Shown: positions 25,883 to 32,000 of the stretch, piece by piece | How positions within the stretch are numbered: the first letter of the stretch is position 1 | How the letters are laid out: each line of letters begins with the position of its first letter | Origin: an archaeon | Lineage (GTDB): Archaea; Iainarchaeota; Iainarchaeia; Iainarchaeales; 1-14-0-10-31-34 | Reading direction: 5' to 3' | Assembly (NCBI GenBank): GCA_024277355.1 | Contig: JAJRVL010000004.1 | Location: 360,001 to 392,000 of the forward strand | Length of the DNA stretch: 32,000 nt | Notes under the pieces: generated by a model | What the model saw: the letters and a program-made list of their open reading frames with translations, nothing else | What the model was told of the DNA's origin: nothing | Database searches by the model: none | Made by a program: the position numbers and the translations under genes

Positions 25883-25983
25883 TTAAACCTAAAATTAAAA
25901 GAATTCAGCAAATAAAAACCTATTGTTTCTGTCATGCCAGAGAAAAGCTTGTTTTATTAAGATTTTTTGGCTTAATTTTTTTA

Positions 25984-27063
25984 ATGAATTTAATTACAAT
26001 TGATTTGCATACGCATTTAAATGAAAAAAATACTATTCCAAGCGAATACTGGAAAAGAGTAAAGTTAATTGGATTAAATGCTGTTGCAATAACAGAACAC
26101 AATTACTGCAATCCAAGAGATGCATTTGAGAAATTAAATAAAATTAAACCTGAAGACGTTGTGTTAATTCCAGGAATAGAATTAGATACTGATGCAGGGC
26201 ATGCATTAGTTTATGCAAAAGATGAATCACTTTATGATGAAATTGAATTATTTGAAACAAAAGTAGACATTGAAAGAGTAATGGAAATTATAAAAGAAAA
26301 AAACTTTTTTCTGAGTTTTTCGCACCCTTATGGATATGAAAATGATTCAGTTTGTTTTCTAAAAGGAACTGCTGCTGCAAAAAAATTAATTAGAAAAAAC
26401 CAATGCGGAGTAGAAATATACAACGGAATGATTTCACATTTAAGTAATTTTTTGTATGACTCTCAATGGATTGCAAAACCAATTAATTTCTTTTCATTTC
26501 TTGAAAAAAACATGGTGTCAAAAAAAATCGGTTTAGGAAAAGTAGGAGTAAAAATAAAAGATTCACTTGATTCAAAAAGACAGGACATTTTAATGAGATG
26601 CATTAAATCAATTGAATTAGGAAAAGAAGCAGGATTTATAACTGCAGGAAGCGACGCCCATTCAGCTGAAAGAATAGGAACAGGAATAATGAAAATAAAA
26701 TTTAAAAAAGAATTAACTGAAGAAAACATTCTTGAATCATTAAAACAAAAAGAAAACATTGAATGGTCAGGCCCATTAATAGTTGAAACAAGAAAAGGAG
26801 TCTATGAAAAAGTTGACGAACCATTAAAAGGAAAAGAAATAGTACAAGGAGTAAAATACATTACAACAAAAGCAGTGAAAAAAGGAAGCCAGAAAATCAA
26901 AACAAACAAAATAACAAACAAAATTACAGGAATAAAAGATTCAGGAATAGAAAAAATAAAGGAAATAAAAATAAAAGACAAAATAAAAGAAAGCCAAATA
27001 ACAAAAAAAATAAAAAACATTAAAATACAAGATGAAATAAAAAACAGATTAAAAAAAGAATAA
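25984..27063 (+). CDS. PHP-domain metal-dependent phosphoesterase with Lys/Ile-rich C-terminal tail
   Basis: 'MNLITIDLHTHLN', 'AVAITEHNYCNPRDAFEKL', 'LIPGIELDT', 'FLSFSHPYG', 'ITAGSDAHSAERIG'. Confidence 0.85.
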   Translation: MNLITIDLHTHLNEKNTIPSEYWKRVKLIGLNAVAITEHNYCNPRDAFEKLNKIKPEDVVLIPGIELDTDAGHALVYAKDESLYDEIELFETKVDIERVMEIIKEKNFFLSFSHPYGYENDSVCFLKGTAAAKKLIRKNQCGVEIYNGMISHLSNFLYDSQWIAKPINFFSFLEKNMVSKKIGLGKVGVKIKDSLDSKRQDILMRCIKSIELGKEAGFITAGSDAHSAERIGTGIMKIKFKKELTEENILESLKQKENIEWSGPLIVETRKGVYEKVDEPLKGKEIVQGVKYITTKAVKKGSQKIKTNKITNKITGIKDSGIEKIKEIKIKDKIKESQITKKIKNIKIQDEIKNRLKKE

Positions 27064-27226
27064 AAAAAATACATAAAAAATAAACAAAAAAAAACAATTA
27101 AAAAAATAAATAAACAAAAAAAATAAAATAAACAATTAAGAAAATAAAAAAAAGAAACAAAATTAAACTAAAAAAAATAACAAATATTAAAAAATAAAAT
27201 TAATAAACCAAAGAAAAAGTGAAAAA

Positions 27227-27634
27227 ATGAAATACTCTTTTTATCCTGAAACAAACATAAGAGACATTCCTGTTAATGCAGAAAAAATTCATTTTATCAG
27301 ACCAATAAAAGAAGCAAAAATAAAAGAACTATTAAAAAAAAGAAAAATAAAAGAAATAAGTTTAAGTGAATCCACATTAAAAAGAATGAAACCTGATGCA
27401 GTAAAATTAATTGAAAAAAAAGAAATCACAATAAAAAAAGAATCAAAAAGAGGAAGAGCCATAAAAGCAGGATTTGATTCAATACTGAAAATAATTGAAT
27501 TAAAAAAAGATTATTTTAGTGCAAGAAAAATAGGAAAACAGACAGGAATCCCAAAAAGCACTGTTCATTATCTATTAAAGTATGCAAACAGAGACAAAAT
27601 TAAAAAGAAAAAGCAGACAATATATTTAGAGTGA
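27227..27634 (+). CDS. Small basic HTH DNA-binding protein
   Basis: 'FSARKIGKQTGIPKSTVHYLLKYANRDKIKKKKQ' HTH-like segment. Confidence 0.55.
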   Translation: MKYSFYPETNIRDIPVNAEKIHFIRPIKEAKIKELLKKRKIKEISLSESTLKRMKPDAVKLIEKKEITIKKESKRGRAIKAGFDSILKIIELKKDYFSARKIGKQTGIPKSTVHYLLKYANRDKIKKKKQTIYLE

Positions 27635-27640
27635 AAAAAA

Positions 27641-27949
27641 ATGACTTTATATGAAACCACTTTAACTGAATTCAAAAGAAAAGGAGACGAAGAAAAAGTA
27701 AGGTGGCTTGAAGGATTAAACAAAAGAATAACTTTAAGCCAGAAAAAAAGAATCCAAGAAAATGACACAAAAATAATGCAGGAATTATTTACTCCAAAAT
27801 GGGTTTCATGGGAATTAATGTATTCCTGGGCAACAAAAGGACTGCAGACAAAAAATTGTATTTTATGCAATAAAAAAGATTCACTAGGAATGGACTTTAA
27901 AGGAAAATTCTTATGTGCTAATTGCTTTATTGAAATAAAACACAAGTAA
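27641..27949 (+). CDS. Small protein with C-terminal four-Cys zinc-binding motif
   Basis: 'NCILCNKKDSLGMDFKGKFLCANCFIEIKHK'; 6 nt after the upstream HTH gene. Confidence 0.55.
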   Translation: MTLYETTLTEFKRKGDEEKVRWLEGLNKRITLSQKKRIQENDTKIMQELFTPKWVSWELMYSWATKGLQTKNCILCNKKDSLGMDFKGKFLCANCFIEIKHK

Positions 27950-28010
27950 AGTATACATAACTAATAGCAAGACTTATTAATGGGAAAAACTATTGTTTAA
28001 AGTGATAATA

Positions 28011-28400
28011 ATGTTTGAAATAGACGAAAAACTACGAAAAAAGCTTTTAGCTGAAGAATTTAAATTAAGAAAAAAACAACCTCCTTCTTGGGCAAAATTC
28101 AAATACAGGAAATTTGTAAGACTTCCAAAAGAAGAAAGAGAAAAAGAAAAAGCCAAGAAAAAAGCCGAAGAAGAACAAAAACAAAAAGAATTAGAAATAA
28201 AAGAACAAGCAAAAGCAAAAAAGAAAGCAGCAGCTGAAAAAATAAGAGAAAAAGCCAAAGCCAAAAAAGCAAGAGAAAAAGCCAGAGAAAAAAAAGCAAG
28301 AGAACAGGCTAAAGCCAAAGAAAAAAAAGAAAAAGCCAAAGCCAAAAAAGAAGCTGCAAAGAAAAAATCAGTTAAAAAAACAAAAAAGAAAAAAAAATAA
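28011..28400 (+). CDS. Small protein with long Lys/Ala/Glu-rich tail
   Basis: 'MFEIDEKLRKKLLAEEFKLRKKQPPSWAKFKYRKFVRLPKEEREKEKAKKKAEEEQ...' ending in K-rich tail. Confidence 0.6.
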   Translation: MFEIDEKLRKKLLAEEFKLRKKQPPSWAKFKYRKFVRLPKEEREKEKAKKKAEEEQKQKELEIKEQAKAKKKAAAEKIREKAKAKKAREKAREKKAREQAKAKEKKEKAKAKKEAAKKKSVKKTKKKKK

Positions 28401-28404
28401 TTAA

Positions 28405-28872
28405 TTAAATTTTTTTATTTTGAGGTTTCTTTTTTGTTTTAATTACATCTTTTAATTCTTTTAGTGCCTTTTTTTTCATTGCATTGTATTTTTCGTCTTC
28501 CATAAAAGCATCAGAAAAAGGATCTAAACCATCTTTTTCTACTGGTTTTTCTAAATCTTCTCCAAAATCAAATTCTTTAGTTAAATCTTTTGGAGAACTT
28601 TTGAGAAAATCATCTAATTTCATTTTGCTTTCTTTAGGAGAATCTTTAATTAAATCAGTTACTTTAGCTGAAGGCTTATATTCAATTTCAGTTTTATTTT
28701 CTTGTGTTGAAGAATAATCATAATAAATTCTCCAAGCCATAACCCCTGCAATAACAAAAACAATTAATGCAATAATATAATTAAACGGTTGAATTTCAAT
28801 TAAAAAAAACACTGAAATTAACGCCAAAATAAACAATATTGCCGGAAAAGAATAACTTACTTTAAATTTCAT
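28405..28872 (-). CDS. Small two-TM membrane protein with charged cytoplasmic tail
   Basis: 'MKFKVSYSFPAILFILALISVFFLIEIQPFNYIIALIVFVIAGVMAWRIYYDY...'. Confidence 0.6.
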   Translation of the reverse strand: MKFKVSYSFPAILFILALISVFFLIEIQPFNYIIALIVFVIAGVMAWRIYYDYSSTQENKTEIEYKPSAKVTDLIKDSPKESKMKLDDFLKSSPKDLTKEFDFGEDLEKPVEKDGLDPFSDAFMEDEKYNAMKKKALKELKDVIKTKKKPQNKKI

Positions 28873-29027
28873 AGAATCATTAATTAGTAAACATTTCATT
28901 TATTTAAATATTCCGCTAAAAAAACAACAACAAGATTATCTAAAAAAAGCATATATTTTAATAGAAAAACAAACAAATATTAATACAATTAATTAAACAT
29001 AATTTTTTGTTGTTGAGAGGGAATAAA

Positions 29028-32000
29028 GTGAAAGTAAAAGGACAAAATGAATTAATTATCGCAGTCGCAATAGTTTTAATTGCTGCAGCAGTAGTAACAA
29101 CACAAGTATTAACCTCAACTGATTCAGGTAAAGCTACAATTTATTTTGCACCAGACTGCCAGGCAGCTGACTGCGATGGAAGCCCTCCTGACTGCGCTGG
29201 AACCTGCACTGCAACAACACCTACACTTACTACAGTGTTTAATGGAAATAAAATTGATATAACAATCACAGGAGATATAGGAAACTTACAAAAAAGAATT
29301 GAAGGAGCCACAACTTGGACAAATTTAAACAACACAGGAACTTTTTATGAAGATTTTGATATAATTTCTGGAACAACTTATGAATACAGAACAAACAATG
29401 CAGGAACAGAACAAACATCTGCATACTGCATGAATGATCCTTCCCCTCCAAATTGTTCTTGGGCTTGCTCAACACAAAGCTGTTATGCTTATTCAACAAT
29501 TTCTTCTGTTACAGTTCCAAATATTCCTGCAATTCCAACAGGATTAACTGCTATTCCAGGAACAAACCCTGGAGAAATCAATTTAAACTGGGATGCAACT
29601 TTAGGCGCAGACTATTACAAAATTTATTATTTAACTAACCCAAAAGATTCTTCTTGTCTTACATGCACTTATCCAACCACTCTTACTAATACATATACTT
29701 ATGTGTTTTCAGTCGAACCTGCAAGCGGATTATATTTTTCAGTAAATGCATGTAATTCAAATGGATGCAGTGAATATTCTTCTCCAATGGTTTTTTCTTA
29801 CCCTAAATTAGGAGCAGAAGCAAACGGACCTTACTCAGGAACAATTGGAACAAACATTACATTAACCGGAGCTGCTTTATTTGAAGTAGGAGGCATAACA
29901 ACTTATTTATGGAGCATTACAGGTGCAGGATGCACTTTAACTAATGAAACAACACTTACTCCAACAGCAAATTGTTCAAGTGAAGGAACTGCAACAGCAA
30001 ATATAGTTATTAATGCAGATAATGGACAAGCAACAGATACAACCGCAATAACTATAACTGCAACAACAGACACTACGCCTCCAATAGTAAATATTACTTC
30101 TCCTTTAGATGGACAAACTGTTTCAGGAACAATTAATTTAACTGCTGATGCATCAGATACAAGCGGAATAACAAAAGTAGAATTTTATATTGACACAACA
30201 TTAATTTCAACTGACACAACTTCTCCTTACGAATATTCCTGGAATTCAACAACTGTTTCAAATGCAAGCCACATAATCAAAGCAATAGCAATAGATCCAG
30301 CAGGAAACACAGCAGAAAACACAATTACAATTCAAGTTGACAATTTAGCAGTTCCTGATACTCCAACAGGATTAACTTCATTACCAGGACCTAATATAGG
30401 AGAATTAACAATAAATTGGAATGCTGTTTTAGAAGCAACATATTATTCTGTATTAATTTCTCCTGATTTAGAAGTAAATTACTATCTAGCAACCGATCCC
30501 ACTTATTCTCAAAATAATTATCTTTTATCAGTTTCACAGGAAAATCCAGAAAGTTTTCTAATTTATTTTAAAGTTATGGCCTGTAATTTAACAGGATGCA
30601 GTTTAGAAACTACCTCACAATATGACTACCTTAAATTAGGAGCAAAAACAAACGGACCTTATACTGGATTAATAAACGAACCAATTACATTAACTGCTTC
30701 TCCTTTATTTGCAGCTGGAACTCCAAGTTATTCTTGGATTATAGCAGGAACATCAAACTGCACTCCAATAACTTCAACTGAACAAAACCCCATAATAACC
30801 TGCTTAAATGAAGGAACTTCAATTGCAAATTTAACTATTACAGCAGACAACGGAACTGCAACAAACACAGCAGATATTACTATTACTTCCACAGCAGACA
30901 CTACTAATCCAACAATAAATATTACAAACCCATCTAATGGACAGACTGTTTTAGGAACAGTAAATATAACTGCTAATGCTTCAGACACAAGCGGAATAAA
31001 ACACATAGAATTTATTATTGATGATTCATCAAAAGCAATAGATAGTTCTTCTCCTTATGAATATTCATGGGACACAAGAACAGAAGCAAACGGAAGCCAT
31101 ACAATTAAAACAAGAACAGAAGACGCAGCAGGAAATACTGCTGAAACAAGTATTACTATAAATATAAATAACGCTTCTTCTGGAATTGAATGCGGAAACG
31201 GAATAATTGAATCAGGAGAAGAATGTGAATTTGATTCAGAATGCAACTACTCCAAAACAAACTGCAATACTTCAAATCAAACTTATGGAACAAGAAGCAT
31301 TACCTGCAGTTCTTGCAGTTGTTCAACAGGAAACTGGAATTATGATTCACCAAACTCAACTTCATACTGCAATAACTGTAATGCATGCGGAGACGGAATA
31401 CAAAACTGCAATGAAACAGCAGAATCATGTCCGGCAGACTTTGGAGGAGAAACAGATAATACGCCTCCTTCAATTCCAACTGGATTAAATGTAATAAAAA
31501 CAACAGAAAACACAATTACATTAGAATGGAATCCAAACACTGAACAGGATTTAAGAAGATACCAAATACTTTATTCAACAACAGCCAATAATTACTCTAA
31601 AACTGAAATTGCATTAAAAACAGAAACAAGTTTGATTTTAACAGGATTAAAACCAGACACAAAATATTATTTTGCAATAACTGCAGTTGACTTAAGTGGA
31701 AATGAAAGTCTTTATTCAAATGAAGTTTCAGCAACAACAAAAAAAGAAACAATAACAACAGTTAAAACTCCTGCAAATTTAACAGCAGAATTAAAAGACG
31801 GAAACATCACATTAAAATGGACTCACACTAACCCAAAACCTTCTCATTATATTATTCAAAGAAAAGGAGAATTCTTTGAAGAAATAACTACAACATCAGA
31901 TAATTCATTTACAGACAAAGAAATCACAAAAGGAAAAACATATGCATATAGAATAGCTGGATTTAAAGACGGAAAAACAAGTTCTTATTCAGAAGAAGTA
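29028..32000 (+). CDS. Very large secreted/surface multi-domain protein (FN3, PKD/Ig-like, Cys-rich repeat), truncated by right window edge
   Basis: GTG start after 'gaggg'; 'VKVKGQNELIIAVAIVLIAAAVVTTQVL' pilin/class III-like signal; frame 3 read open to 32000. Repeated 'DTTPPIVNITSPLDGQTVSGTINLTADASDTSGI', 'CGNGIIESGEECE', FN3 'TPANLTAELKDGNITLKWTH'. Absent from the supplied ORF track. Confidence 0.8.
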   Translation, partial: MKVKGQNELIIAVAIVLIAAAVVTTQVLTSTDSGKATIYFAPDCQAADCDGSPPDCAGTCTATTPTLTTVFNGNKIDITITGDIGNLQKRIEGATTWTNLNNTGTFYEDFDIISGTTYEYRTNNAGTEQTSAYCMNDPSPPNCSWACSTQSCYAYSTISSVTVPNIPAIPTGLTAIPGTNPGEINLNWDATLGADYYKIYYLTNPKDSSCLTCTYPTTLTNTYTYVFSVEPASGLYFSVNACNSNGCSEYSSPMVFSYPKLGAEANGPYSGTIGTNITLTGAALFEVGGITTYLWSITGAGCTLTNETTLTPTANCSSEGTATANIVINADNGQATDTTAITITATTDTTPPIVNITSPLDGQTVSGTINLTADASDTSGITKVEFYIDTTLISTDTTSPYEYSWNSTTVSNASHIIKAIAIDPAGNTAENTITIQVDNLAVPDTPTGLTSLPGPNIGELTINWNAVLEATYYSVLISPDLEVNYYLATDPTYSQNNYLLSVSQENPESFLIYFKVMACNLTGCSLETTSQYDYLKLGAKTNGPYTGLINEPITLTASPLFAAGTPSYSWIIAGTSNCTPITSTEQNPIITCLNEGTSIANLTITADNGTATNTADITITSTADTTNPTINITNPSNGQTVLGTVNITANASDTSGIKHIEFIIDDSSKAIDSSSPYEYSWDTRTEANGSHTIKTRTEDAAGNTAETSITININNASSGIECGNGIIESGEECEFDSECNYSKTNCNTSNQTYGTRSITCSSCSCSTGNWNYDSPNSTSYCNNCNACGDGIQNCNETAESCPADFGGETDNTPPSIPTGLNVIKTTENTITLEWNPNTEQDLRRYQILYSTTANNYSKTEIALKTETSLILTGLKPDTKYYFAITAVDLSGNESLYSNEVSATTKKETITTVKTPANLTAELKDGNITLKWTHTNPKPSHYIIQRKGEFFEEITTTSDNSFTDKEITKGKTYAYRIAGFKDGKTSSYSEEV

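Noticed and set aside
26463-27074. Minus-strand ORFs 26463..26759 and 26802..27074
   Set aside because: Antisense to the PHP-domain gene and its Lys-rich tail.
27568-28299. Minus-strand ORFs 27568..27945, 27977..28345 and 28099..28299, the latter Leu/Phe-rich
   Set aside because: Complement of Lys/Ala-rich coding; the plus-strand protein has a non-repetitive N-terminal domain and a start at 28011.
28484-28717. Plus-strand ORF 28484..28717
   Set aside because: Antisense to the two-TM membrane protein gene.
29141-31540. ORFs 29141..29335 (-), 29266..29499 (-), 29453..29638 (+), 30728..31006 (-), 31055..31246 (-), 31207..31488 (+), 31300..31515 (-), 31340..31540 (-)
   Set aside because: All lie inside the continuous frame-3 coding sequence from GTG 29028 that runs off the window.
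1-32000. Search for CRISPR arrays, tRNA/rRNA genes and transposases/IS ends
   Set aside because: No regularly spaced identical repeats with unique spacers, no recognisable tRNA/rRNA signature, and no transposase-like ORF were seen by eye; a computational scan would be needed to exclude short tRNAs with introns.

Overview
AT-rich archaeal chromosomal window, probably DPANN-like (lineage is my inference from the gene set). Housekeeping anchors are an M50/S2P-type membrane protease, an MBF1-like zinc-ribbon/HTH protein, a proteasome-activating nucleotidase (PAN)-like AAA ATPase, a prenyl diphosphate synthase and ribosomal protein L44e. Accessory content: (1) a RHH/RelE-type toxin-antitoxin pair. 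(2) An approx. 550 bp intergenic region with several consecutive inverted repeats. (3) A disrupted secreted Cys-rich/Ig-like/TM protein with a possible toxin-like C-terminal domain, followed by tightly coupled uncharacterised genes and a double-RDD membrane protein. (4) A frameshifted dockerin-bearing surface protein. (5) An AbiEii-like nucleotidyltransferase toxin whose AbiEi-like partner carries an in-frame TGA. (6) Three paralogous winged-HTH proteins sharing an unidentified C-terminal domain, next to a divergent DDLFD-motif all-helical protein (possible class I terpenoid synthase-like), a V4R protein and a KaiC-like ATPase. (7) A second wHTH + V4R pair. (8) Several secreted/surface proteins, the last of which runs off the right edge and contains a tandemly duplicated multi-domain unit. 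No tRNA, rRNA, CRISPR array or transposase was recognised. All family calls come from reading motifs; no database search was run.
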